A stretch of DNA of 35,442 nt from a virus (IMGVR_UViG_3300022909_000064:1-35442); one strand, 5' to 3'; shown: positions 28,043 through 35,442, counted from the first letter of the stretch. Notes: a model not told the origin generated them from the sequence alone. Numbers and translations are program-made.

Positions 28043-29230
28043 CTAACCTGCGTAGTTTTTTAACCTTCGAGCTAGTAATTGATCGGGGGTATCGAAATGC
28101 CAGCCACCCTCCCTGCGAAGCTGATCGTCCTTTCTTTTTTTGTACAGCTTTTCAAGACCTCCGTTATTAAAATCATTATATTTTCTAAGTTCAGCTTCAT
28201 CAAAACGAGCCTGTTCGTCAGGTCTTAGCTCACCAGTTACGGGGTTTACACCACGCTCACGCATAGCATCTTCAGCGGTCATTCCGTGGTCTACTAGGTC
28301 TTTAGCTACTGACCTATCCCAGGTGGCTTCGGGTAGGTTAAATTTTTTAGCAAGCTGCTTTATCCTTGCTTGAGACAACGAATTGTCGTTCATGCCGTTT
28401 AACTTAGCAAAGTTTCTCGCCTCATCCATGCCCTTAAAAGGCTTTGCCGTGTTGTTGTTAAACATATCTACCGTGTAACCAGGTTTCTTTCTTGCCCATT
28501 CTGGAACCTTCTCGGCATCCGCACTCGCAAGAGCTAGTTGTTTTTGTATTCTGCTCTCTCGATCTCGGTTGTTAGCTAAACGCTGGCTTTCGTAAACCTC
28601 TCTTCGTGAGTCACTAAGTGCTAACGCATCGCTATTAGATAAAACATTACCTGGACTGTTCCTTTTAAGCTGCTCTAAGGCAGCAGCCCTCGCCATAGCG
28701 TTTGTGATGTCGGAGTCTTCTCCTGCAATAGTACCAGCAAGAGGTTTCTTTTGATCTACCACTTCAGCGTTATCAAAACCTCTATTGTTTTGGGCTGGAG
28801 CTGGAGTTTGGGCTGGAGCTGGAGTTTGGGCTGGTGGAGGTGCGTTACGCATCTGGTTTATGGCACCAGCTCCGCCAGTAACAGCTCCCGCTGCGGGGAT
28901 GCCCTGCCCCAGCCTTCTAACGAAGCCTGCTTTAGGATCAGGTTTAGGTAATATGCTTGGTTTTGCACCTTTTAAGCCTTTTGCGAATTTCATTGCGGGA
29001 ACTAAAGATAAACCATCAATTAAGTCATCTGTGTCCCAATCTCTTGTGTAGTAGGGGTCACCCATTATGTCGCCTCGGATGAAATCGTTGGCCATACCTA
29101 CTGCATTGGCCCCAGCACCGAAAGTAGCACCTCCGAGCAATTTCCCACCCCTTTCGAAAATACCATCGTCATCCTCAATATCAAAAAATTTATTTATTGG
29201 ATCTAAGGCATACTGGCTGTCGGTCTTCAT
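28043..29230 (-). CDS. Putative internal virion / ejection protein (395 aa; ATG at 29230 preferred over TTG at 29233)
   Basis: Gly/Ala-rich segments, PAQTPA repeats and a charged helical C-half; directly upstream of the giant protein. Confidence 0.65.
   Translation of the reverse strand: MKTDSQYALDPINKFFDIEDDDGIFERGGKLLGGATFGAGANAVGMANDFIRGDIMGDPYYTRDWDTDDLIDGLSLVPAMKFAKGLKGAKPSILPKPDPKAGFVRRLGQGIPAAGAVTGGAGAINQMRNAPPPAQTPAPAQTPAPAQNNRGFDNAEVVDQKKPLAGTIAGEDSDITNAMARAAALEQLKRNSPGNVLSNSDALALSDSRREVYESQRLANNRDRESRIQKQLALASADAEKVPEWARKKPGYTVDMFNNNTAKPFKGMDEARNFAKLNGMNDNSLSQARIKQLAKKFNLPEATWDRSVAKDLVDHGMTAEDAMRERGVNPVTGELRPDEQARFDEAELRKYNDFNNGGLEKLYKKRKDDQLRREGGWHFDTPDQLLARRLKNYAG
28789..28834. 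repeat. 18-bp tandem repeat (TTTGGGCTGGAGCTGGAG x2.5) encoding PAQTPA
   Basis: Units at 28789, 28807 and a partial unit at 28825-28834. Confidence 0.9.
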
Positions 29231-29276
29231 CAAATGTATACTAAGTTATTGGTATATTTTACATCAACCGATTGCA
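29231..29276 (-). promoter_or_regulatory. Putative late promoter copy 2: TGCAATCGGT-N23-TAGTAT-N7-ATG
   Basis: Box at 29267-29276 (inside the last terminase codons), TAGTAT at 29238-29243, ATG at 29230. Confidence 0.7.
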
Positions 29277-31039
29277 TTCCGCCGTCTCTTCCTTCTCATC
29301 ATCTCTCCAAGAGGAACACGCATGAATCCGTCAGGGCACATCAAAGTAGGATTCTTATGTAGCATTCGGTTGGTAATAGCTTTCTTTTTTGGTATTTTGT
29401 AAGAGGTTGCACTCTCCATGTTGTATACAGCTATTGCACAGGCTAATACATGATCATCGTGGTGCCCTGGGGATGCTTCGGGCTTACCTTTATCGTTAAC
29501 AACGAAGGTCTTTAGCTCCTGCATAACGCCTGCATCAGGTATGTCGATATTACGCTCCATAATTTCAGAAGCTAGGTGATCGATAACTGTCTTTCTTGTG
29601 AGCCTGTCAGTCTGCCAGCCGAAGCTTTTTTCAACCAATCCCATAGAATCTATTGTCTTTCTTCTCCGATATACAGACACTCCAAGGTCTAAAAGGTACT
29701 TAACAAGAGCTAATCCGCTATTATTGACCTCGGGGATTGTAAAAGCACCACCATACCAAGATGCCATAGCTGCTATCTCTTCAGCTAATACGCCAATGTC
29801 TATTCGGCTGTGGTGGACAGCTACTAGTTTAGCAACATGCCAGTCACCATGCCAGTCCTCGTAAGGAGCTTTCCACACCTGAGCAGAGTGAAAATCGGGA
29901 TCCGCAGCTAATCCTTGCTGTTGTTGGTCTTCTCCAGTGCAGGTGTCAATGGAAATGAGGTATTTTGAGTCGTATTCTGGCTCTTCGTAGACCTTCCATA
30001 GACCTGCACGGTCTTTTACGAAAGCTGCATTCTTTCTGGCTTCATCTTGAAAAGTTACTGTCCCTAGCTGATAATCCTGTTTTTCTGAAGATTTTAACAT
30101 ATCTTTCACAATATCTGTGTGAAAGCGTGGGCGGGAGGACATTAAGAAACACTCATCAGGATCACTCGGGTATTCCTGACGGAATTTGCTGATATCACCA
30201 TTACATTTGTCCTGAAGAACACGCCTTCTCCAGTGGAGTTGTTCATAATTTACCCCGAAACGCTCCTTTTCGGACTTCTCATCCTCGGTCATCGTGTCGA
30301 TAAAATCCTGTTTCATCGACTCGTTTTCAAAAGGTGTCGATGAATCCTCAAATTCAAACCATGCTGCAAAAATCTTTGCCCACTCATTGTCTTGCACCCA
30401 AGTTCTGTAAAACCATCCAGTCGGTCCGTTGGGGGTAGAGTCAGCAACAACCAGAGAAAGGCTGTCCCCATCGTATAAACTCTGCAAATAAGCAAGTGCG
30501 GGGTCTTTTGCACCCTGCATAGGCCAGAATGCAACCTCTGTCATGTTACCTACCTGGACAGTACCTGATCTACCTGCATTTTTTGACCCTGCTGTTTCTT
30601 TCCCGTATACACTGCCCGAATCTAAAGTTATGGCATCTGCGAGGTTTCCCCCATTTTTGAGGTTGGTTCCTGTATCGTTCCAGGGAAACTGATCGTTTTC
30701 TGCGTACCTTCGATAGATTTCGAAGACTTTGTCGCTCGTCCCGCTTATGTCGCCCATAAGACTTCCGCTCAGATCTTCTAGCTTTTGCATATGATGATAT
30801 GTGAGAGCCTGAGCACAGGTACTTGCCCCTTTTTGACGAGGCTTTAGTATGACCATTTTGCAAGGTTTTTGTTCTAGCTGGCATTTTCTATAATGAGCAA
30901 ACATCCTCTTTTGTAGAATGTTTGGTTCAGGGCTAATTGTTTTGCCCCTTTTGTCTTTAATTACGGCAAAAGTAGTAAACCAAGCCTCTGGGTCTATACG
31001 AATAAGATCCTGAAGATGTTGTGTCTTGTCTTGGGTCAT
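29264..31039 (-). CDS. terL: Terminase large subunit (591 aa)
   Basis: Walker A-type ILKPRQKGAST, Walker B-type GNMTEVAFW, coupling motif DSTPNG, FRQEYP, nuclease ISIDTCTG, PEVNNSG and HDDHVLACAIA. Confidence 0.95.
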   Translation of the reverse strand: MTQDKTQHLQDLIRIDPEAWFTTFAVIKDKRGKTISPEPNILQKRMFAHYRKCQLEQKPCKMVILKPRQKGASTCAQALTYHHMQKLEDLSGSLMGDISGTSDKVFEIYRRYAENDQFPWNDTGTNLKNGGNLADAITLDSGSVYGKETAGSKNAGRSGTVQVGNMTEVAFWPMQGAKDPALAYLQSLYDGDSLSLVVADSTPNGPTGWFYRTWVQDNEWAKIFAAWFEFEDSSTPFENESMKQDFIDTMTEDEKSEKERFGVNYEQLHWRRRVLQDKCNGDISKFRQEYPSDPDECFLMSSRPRFHTDIVKDMLKSSEKQDYQLGTVTFQDEARKNAAFVKDRAGLWKVYEEPEYDSKYLISIDTCTGEDQQQQGLAADPDFHSAQVWKAPYEDWHGDWHVAKLVAVHHSRIDIGVLAEEIAAMASWYGGAFTIPEVNNSGLALVKYLLDLGVSVYRRRKTIDSMGLVEKSFGWQTDRLTRKTVIDHLASEIMERNIDIPDAGVMQELKTFVVNDKGKPEASPGHHDDHVLACAIAVYNMESATSYKIPKKKAITNRMLHKNPTLMCPDGFMRVPLGEMMRRKRRRNAIG

Positions 31040-31815
31040 AAACCATATTGATAAGCGGCATCTATTTGGGCTCGCTCATCATCACCCACTCCATACAGAG
31101 GGTCTGTTTTTGCCTTTTGTAACTCTGGACCTTCCATGAACATATCAATAAGACCTCCTCCAATACCTCTGAACATCGGCATTTTGCCTGTCACCATTCC
31201 AGGTTTGGTCATCATTTCAGTGGACCCTGCGGGGAAATGCCCTACGATTCTTTTTGGGTTTATACTACCTGAAGGAATCCTTTTTGGGCGAAGATTACCT
31301 GAAAATTCTGAAAACCCTCCTGTCGAAGGTTTAACATTACTCTTAATAAAGTCTGGACCTGGTTTGTAGAACATATCCTTTGGTCCTTTATAGATAACCA
31401 TTGGACTTTTACTTGATGTAGATCTAGTGCCTTGTGGTAAAACTGTAGTTTTGGTATGAGCGGCTGCTCGAGCATTTCGGCCCGCGTTTTTGTATGCTAC
31501 TGAATCGGCACCTATACGCTGCATTAGCTTTTGATTATTTCCGTAGCCCCCAAGCTGACTTTGAGATACTGAATTGTTCCAAGCTGTGGGCCTAAACCAT
31601 TTGTTTTTCGCCCCCTGTATTTTAACATTTAAACCGCTATTGTATACATTATCGAGAGTACCTGGAGCCACTTTAGACCCCCGAAAACCCAAATCATGGG
31701 AGTAATAATTGCCTGGAGTCATCTTGCCGTAGTCAAAGGGCACATACTTAGGTGACGGTACTGGAGCCCCAGGGCTGACGGCTGGCATGAAGGGTTCTAT
31801 ATCGTACTCTTCCAT
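31036..31815 (-). CDS. Hypothetical protein (259 aa; start revised to ATG 31815), possible ADP-ribosyltransferase-like fold
   Basis: ATG at 31815 overlaps the upstream TAA (TAATG), removing a 67-nt overlap; ATGA overlap with terL. The fold suggestion is weak and motif-based (see findings). Confidence 0.6.
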   Translation of the reverse strand: MEEYDIEPFMPAVSPGAPVPSPKYVPFDYGKMTPGNYYSHDLGFRGSKVAPGTLDNVYNSGLNVKIQGAKNKWFRPTAWNNSVSQSQLGGYGNNQKLMQRIGADSVAYKNAGRNARAAAHTKTTVLPQGTRSTSSKSPMVIYKGPKDMFYKPGPDFIKSNVKPSTGGFSEFSGNLRPKRIPSGSINPKRIVGHFPAGSTEMMTKPGMVTGKMPMFRGIGGGLIDMFMEGPELQKAKTDPLYGVGDDERAQIDAAYQYGL

Positions 31816-32081
31816 TAGCACTTCCAGCGACGGCGAGCGGCTTTGCCCCTCTCGCCAGTCCAGCTCTTGCTCCTTGCACAAAATGCTTTGCGTCGCTTAG
31901 CTGACTTACTGCCTTTCTTTACCTTGCCAGTAACAGCAGTCTTAAGCTTGGACCCAGGGTTAGCTTTGCGATACGCAGCTACACCCTTCTTAGTCATGCC
32001 AGCACCAGCTTTAACTGACCTGTAGTTAGCCCCTTTTCCCTTCGTGGTCTTACGAATCGGATTACTTGGTTTTCTTGGCAT
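31815..32081 (-). CDS. Small highly basic phage protein, DUF6321-like (88 aa)
   Basis: GMTKKGVAAYRKANPGSKLKTAVT...RRKAFCARS...ARRRWKC matches the recurring RRKxFCAR...W.C family of aquatic phage proteins. Confidence 0.75.
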   Translation of the reverse strand: MPRKPSNPIRKTTKGKGANYRSVKAGAGMTKKGVAAYRKANPGSKLKTAVTGKVKKGSKSAKRRKAFCARSKSWTGERGKAARRRWKC

Positions 32082-32203
32082 TATTTTCTACTCCTTCCTT
32101 TAGATTTTGGTACGCAATTAGGGACTTTCCGCCCTCCTTTGTTTTTCATTCCAACTGCTTTGTAATTTTTCCAGCACGGGGTTTTTTTAGTTTTTTTCTT
32201 CAT
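32081..32203 (-). CDS. Small basic peptide with CW...VPNCVP motif (40 aa; start revised to ATG 32203)
   Basis: MKKKTKKTPCWKNYKAVGMKNKGGRKVPNCVPKSKGRSRK; AAAGGTGA upstream; begins 1 nt after the lysozyme stop. I recognise the motif from aquatic phage proteins. Confidence 0.75.
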   Translation of the reverse strand: MKKKTKKTPCWKNYKAVGMKNKGGRKVPNCVPKSKGRSRK

Positions 32204-32204
32204 T

Positions 32205-32789
32205 TCACCTTTTGTTTGGATGAAGACCTGTCCCAAGGCTTTTGATGGCATAGCTTGTCTTTTCCATTCTCGGGACAATGCCAGCACGGTCACTGAGACC
32301 TGCTTTTGCCTTACGATACTCATCGTGGTTTAAAAACTCCTTACTAGCCTCGTCATATTTGCCCTGATTCATGTAGTCCAGGGTGTTAGGGCTGGCTTTA
32401 GCCCCGAAAGAACCTCTAAATTTAGAGGACATTATCGGAACTTTTACATCGTCAGGGTATGACTGAAACTTTGGGTATTCAGAAACAAGCTGTTTATGCT
32501 TTTCCTGTATATCTTTTTTTAAAATAGCACCACCCTGCTGTTCTGTTATGTAGTTTCCAGGAGTTGCGTATTCGCCAGTATGACCGTAACCGATAGTTTC
32601 CCTATCGCCTTTTGTTGGTGTATAAGTCTTATGCCTAAATCCTTCCCTCTTCTTAAGCTCATCTTCTAGCATACCCCAGTATGTCGGGGTGTCTGCATAA
32701 TCTACAGTCTTTGTCCTATTCAGGAGATGGTCTAACTCCTGAATATAAGGATCATCAAATTGAATTTCCGTATATCGGGTCTGTTCCAT
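32205..32789 (-). CDS. Phage lysozyme, glycoside hydrolase family 24 / T4-lysozyme-like (194 aa)
   Basis: LKKREGFRHKTY...TIGYGH catalytic loop, ITEQQGGAILKKDI, and MNQGKYDEASKEFL...GIVPRM C-terminal helices. Confidence 0.9.
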   Translation of the reverse strand: MEQTRYTEIQFDDPYIQELDHLLNRTKTVDYADTPTYWGMLEDELKKREGFRHKTYTPTKGDRETIGYGHTGEYATPGNYITEQQGGAILKKDIQEKHKQLVSEYPKFQSYPDDVKVPIMSSKFRGSFGAKASPNTLDYMNQGKYDEASKEFLNHDEYRKAKAGLSDRAGIVPRMEKTSYAIKSLGTGLHPNKR

Positions 32790-33903
32790 GTAAAAGGTAG
32801 TGCATTTTACCCTTATAATCTGGGTTTGGCATCATGTCTGGCCTAGGCGTGTACTCCATCGAGCCTCCGCGATCTACGGCTTCGGGGTACTCAAATCTAG
32901 GACTATATGTGCCTGTAGGGATTTCAGAGGGAGGGACGGGAGCGTAGTCAATAATACCCTGGTTTCTCATACTTTCATCAACTAATGAGTTGAAATCTGA
33001 AACAAGTCCGAGAGGTCCCATTAAACCAGACATTCTTAACTTCGGTGTAGGTCTTGCATGACCCATAGCATCGCGCATCTGCTGGGTCTTAAACTTTAAC
33101 CTCATGTTAGCTGAATCCTGCTGATTGGATAAACTGCTTTGAGGAGAATCTATACTAACCCCACGAGTCGCTCGGTTCTTAATGGCACTGCTCATTGGAA
33201 CCTTCTGGGAGTCTACACCAGACATAGGGGGTGTTTTTACACGATTGCCTATGTCGTCTAAGGCGGGAGGCATCTTAATTCTCTGAGAAGGCCCCTGAGC
33301 CTTGTAGTTTGAAACATTGAGTTTCTTCCTTCTTTCATCAACTAGCTGTTTATTCTGCTTTTCTAAGGCATCAACACGCTTACTGAGTTTATCAAAAACT
33401 TGAACGGATCGACCAGATGAAGATCTATTAACCTTTGTAGGCTTACTAGGCTCTCCCTTTATATACTTAGAACTGTAGTCTTTAAAATTTTGGTCTTTTA
33501 ACTTACTGCCTGCACGCTTTAAACCACTTGCAACTTTACCTGCTACACCAGACTTCTCCACGGCACTTTTTACTCTCTTTGCTGCCGAAACCGCACCTTT
33601 GGCAGCTTTACCAGCTAAAGCTCCAGCTTTATTAGCAACCGATGGTTTGTCAAAATTAGCACCTCCAGAAGCTTTTTGGCTAGGTATGTCTTTCGAAGAC
33701 ATAAAAATCTTACTGCCAATCGCACCTGCATCGCCCTTGCCTAAAGATTTCCTAAAAGATTTAAGATTATCGTCTACCAAAAAGGCAGCAGGCTTACCGC
33801 CATCGCCTTTGATGTATTTTAAAGGTTTTCCCGCCTTCCTTGCACGCTCTAAGGTCGATTGTAAAAGCGAAGGATCTGATATTTCTACATAACTCTGTGC
33901 CAT
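32755..33903 (-). CDS. Basic low-complexity hypothetical protein (382 aa), possible internal virion protein
   Basis: Long ORF rich in Lys/Ser/Ala/Pro; starts 2 nt after the upstream stop; 35-nt overlap with the lysozyme gene. Confidence 0.65.
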   Translation of the reverse strand: MAQSYVEISDPSLLQSTLERARKAGKPLKYIKGDGGKPAAFLVDDNLKSFRKSLGKGDAGAIGSKIFMSSKDIPSQKASGGANFDKPSVANKAGALAGKAAKGAVSAAKRVKSAVEKSGVAGKVASGLKRAGSKLKDQNFKDYSSKYIKGEPSKPTKVNRSSSGRSVQVFDKLSKRVDALEKQNKQLVDERRKKLNVSNYKAQGPSQRIKMPPALDDIGNRVKTPPMSGVDSQKVPMSSAIKNRATRGVSIDSPQSSLSNQQDSANMRLKFKTQQMRDAMGHARPTPKLRMSGLMGPLGLVSDFNSLVDESMRNQGIIDYAPVPPSEIPTGTYSPRFEYPEAVDRGGSMEYTPRPDMMPNPDYKGKMHYLLHGTDPIYGNSI

Positions 33904-33905
33904 GA

Positions 33906-34094
33906 CTACTCTGCTTCCTCTTCTATGTCTATTTCTGATTCAAATTCTATGACTGTTCCCAAAATTTCGTCTAAAACATCGCTTGTTGCCTCGGTCATTT
34001 CAATTTCGTCAAGATCAGACTCCTCCCACCACCGATTGTAGAGAGAACCAAGCTCGTTTTTGAACTTAACGATAGGGGATTCATCTTTACTCAT
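33906..34094 (-). CDS. Small very acidic protein (62 aa; start revised to ATG 34094)
   Basis: MSKDESPIVKFKNELGSLYNRWWEESDLDEIEMTEATSDVLDEILGTVIEFESEIDIEEEAE; ATG overlaps the end of the upstream gene by 8 nt. Confidence 0.7.
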   Translation of the reverse strand: MSKDESPIVKFKNELGSLYNRWWEESDLDEIEMTEATSDVLDEILGTVIEFESEIDIEEEAE

Positions 34095-34485
34095 CCAATA
34101 GTTCTGCGTTTGCCAGGGAATTGACATAAGTATCCGCAATATCTCTAAAACTATGGGCAGATTGCTGGATTTTTTTGATAATTTCCTGCGGAGATGCTGT
34201 TTTTGAAGTGTTATCGGTCACTTCAATCTCTGCTCTCGTAGCTGGCTTACCAAATCCATACTCCAGTAGTAGTTTTGCGGAGTGATACCTTACATTATGG
34301 TCAGCAACTCTGGCATATTGTATGCCTTTTGGCTTCTCAGGGTCTCTGTAACGACTTGTTTTAGTGGCTTTTAAGCCAGTTCTAAGCACATCCAACGCTT
34401 TTTCTATGTCTTTGTTCTCTAAGAAGTCGGCTATATCCCGCTTCGTTTTGGAGGAACTCTTTGTGTCTATTGCTACGGATGGCAT
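34087..34485 (-). CDS. terS: Probable terminase small subunit (132 aa)
   Basis: ALDVLRTGL...DHNVRYHSAKLLLEYGFGKP resembles the D...R..AA..LL..G.GKP helical hairpin of many small terminases; first gene of the late region, upstream of terL. Confidence 0.7.
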   Translation of the reverse strand: MPSVAIDTKSSSKTKRDIADFLENKDIEKALDVLRTGLKATKTSRYRDPEKPKGIQYARVADHNVRYHSAKLLLEYGFGKPATRAEIEVTDNTSKTASPQEIIKKIQQSAHSFRDIADTYVNSLANAELLDE

Positions 34486-34530
34486 ACACAGGAGAATAAC
34501 TTAAAAAATACCTACATAATACCGTTTGTA
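34486..34530 (-). promoter_or_regulatory. Putative late promoter copy 1: TACAAACGGT-N22-TATTCT-N7-ATG
   Basis: Box at 34521-34530, TATTCT at 34493-34498, ATG at 34485. Confidence 0.75.
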
Positions 34531-34564
34531 AAAGGATACCTAGTCGATTGTTTTTTCTTTTTTA

Positions 34565-34662
34565 GGTAGGGGGTGGAGGTGGGGGGGAGGTAATATTTTT
34601 TTATTATTATCATCATCATCATAGTCGTCGTCGTAGCGGTATCGGGGGGAGGTGGGGGTACC
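34565..34662. repeat. Two G-run clusters with direct repeat GGAGGTGGGGG flanking a trinucleotide ladder; candidate packaging/terminus-associated region
   Basis: GGAGGTGGGGG at 34575-34585 and 34648-34658, with (TTA)3(TCA)4TAG(TCG)3 between. The repeat is seen directly; the function is inference from position upstream of terS. Confidence 0.6.
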
Positions 34663-34844
34663 TTGAGTACCCAATACTGACCTAATGCAACGGTGGCGAA
34701 CTCAATGTCGTTGTCAACCAACGCTTTATGAAAACATTTCACTAGACTTGAAGTCTAGCGTCTCGCGTGCGCGCGCATACCCTACTGTCCCAGGATGGTT
34801 GAGAACTTCATTGAGTGGATGATATTAGGCTTGCGACGGCTTAC

Positions 34845-34884
34845 AAAAAAATGCACCGCCATCCGAATTAACGGACGACGGTGC
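34845..34884 (-). terminator. Rho-independent terminator
   Basis: Minus strand GCACCGTCGTCCG-TTAATT-CGGATGGCGGTGC-A-TTTTTTT: 13-bp stem with two G-U pairs (valid only on this strand) plus U7, 11 nt after the upstream stop. Confidence 0.9.
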
Positions 34885-34895
34885 TTGGCTAAGGG

Positions 34896-35442
34896 TTAAC
34901 TAGTCAGGTCTGCATCTCCTGCGAGGGTGAATGCTTTTTCCATTTCGGCAGCTTCTTCGTCTACTGCGTCGAGCTCGTAACCGTAGATAGCTTTCATCTT
35001 CTCCTCTACGGAGAGGCCTTCTAATACTAAGTCATCTTTCTGACTTATGATATCGAGTTGGTTCCTCCCCGAGAACAGGACATTTAGTTCACTTGGATCG
35101 TTAGGGTTATTAACGATATCAACAGGAATCCCCGACGGGAATAGGATTTGCACTACTGCAATCCATGCCTTCCAATCCCTATCCCCTTTTGAGGGTACGG
35201 ATTTTGGGCATTCAATACCTGTTCTGAAAGCAAGGGATGCACTGTGTTGTTGCACAGTATTTATCCCTTTCTCTTTTGTACTCGGACTCATCCCAAAGGT
35301 AGCGATATTACCTCTGGTTAGGCAATGGAATCTAGCTCCATGCCTGTTTGGCATGTTCGTTATCCATGATGGCTTAACCATCTCGGTTCCTAAGCCTACC
35401 CTAATTCCCGATACCATTCTGTAGTACCCGTTTGCGTCCTTT
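34896..35442 (-). CDS. Hypothetical protein, probably 5'-truncated by the right window edge
   Basis: The frame of ORF 34896-35417 stays open to the edge (KDANGYYR before the Met); acidic C-tail; followed by a strong terminator. Confidence 0.65.
   Translation of the reverse strand, partial: KDANGYYRMVSGIRVGLGTEMVKPSWITNMPNRHGARFHCLTRGNIATFGMSPSTKEKGINTVQQHSASLAFRTGIECPKSVPSKGDRDWKAWIAVVQILFPSGIPVDIVNNPNDPSELNVLFSGRNQLDIISQKDDLVLEGLSVEEKMKAIYGYELDAVDEEAAEMEKAFTLAGDADLTS

Noticed and set aside
31816-32323. Longer ORF-track starts at 31881 and 32323 (likewise 34139)
   Set aside because: They create long overlaps with better-supported genes; downstream ATGs at 31815, 32203 and 34094 give clean translational coupling.
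34031-34040. Fifth exact copy of the promoter box (TACAATCGGT, minus strand)
   Set aside because: It lies mid-gene, the hexamer at the expected spacing is CGAAAT rather than TAnnnT, and the next gene start is 128 nt away. Compatible with a chance hit, though a binding site is not excluded.
34512-34742. 76-aa minus-strand ORF with PPPPP/TTTTMMMMIII
   Set aside because: The translation merely reflects the G-runs and trinucleotide ladder; GTG start without SD; overlaps the terS promoter box.
410-35424. All plus-strand ORFs in the track (e.g. 998-1312, 4770-5123, 16637-17149, 35047-35424) and short same-strand shadow ORFs (e.g. 30570-30884, 12854-13042)
   Set aside because: Each lies within or largely across longer minus-strand genes with recognisable motifs or tight coupling, and none has a recognisable protein signature.
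35426-35436. Near-match to the promoter box (CGCAAACGGGT, minus strand)
   Set aside because: Two mismatches, inside a reading frame that stays open to the window edge, and wrong distance to an ATG.
1-35442. tRNA/rRNA genes, integrase, transposase, introns/inteins, stop-codon reassignment
   Set aside because: None recognised by eye; terL, portal and capsid are uninterrupted, and coding density is high in the standard code with TAA, TAG and TGA all used as stops. tRNAscan/Infernal were not run, so an ncRNA in 34531-34844 is not excluded.

Overview
The window is the late (morphogenesis) region of a tailed dsDNA phage with podovirus-like architecture. Every credible gene is on the minus strand, tightly packed, with many TAATG/ATGA start-stop overlaps, in the standard genetic code. 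In transcription order (right to left): an edge-truncated unknown gene and its terminator; a ~410-bp structured non-coding region (G-runs, trinucleotide ladder, palindrome); a probable small terminase; six accessory genes (acidic peptide, 382-aa basic protein, GH24 lysozyme, two small very basic proteins, a possible ADP-ribosyltransferase-fold protein); large terminase; a 395-aa probable internal protein; a 4222-aa large polyvalent/ejection protein (HExxH motif, C-terminal LPD38-like domain); portal; a cluster of fibre genes (Mtd_N-like domain, shared terminal motifs); three membrane proteins; a 4-Cys peptide; scaffold; DUF4043/N4-gp56-type major capsid protein; adaptor; and two tail proteins, the last truncated. 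The strongest unannotated signal is a repeated regulatory module, TRCAAnCGST-N22/23-TAnwmT-N6/9-ATG, found at near-identical spacing before four genes that open modules. It suggests an activator-dependent late promoter class producing leaderless or near-leaderless mRNAs. A second candidate system is a segmented fibre whose consecutive proteins carry matching C-terminal and N-terminal motifs. All family assignments are from motif recognition by eye; no database searches were run.
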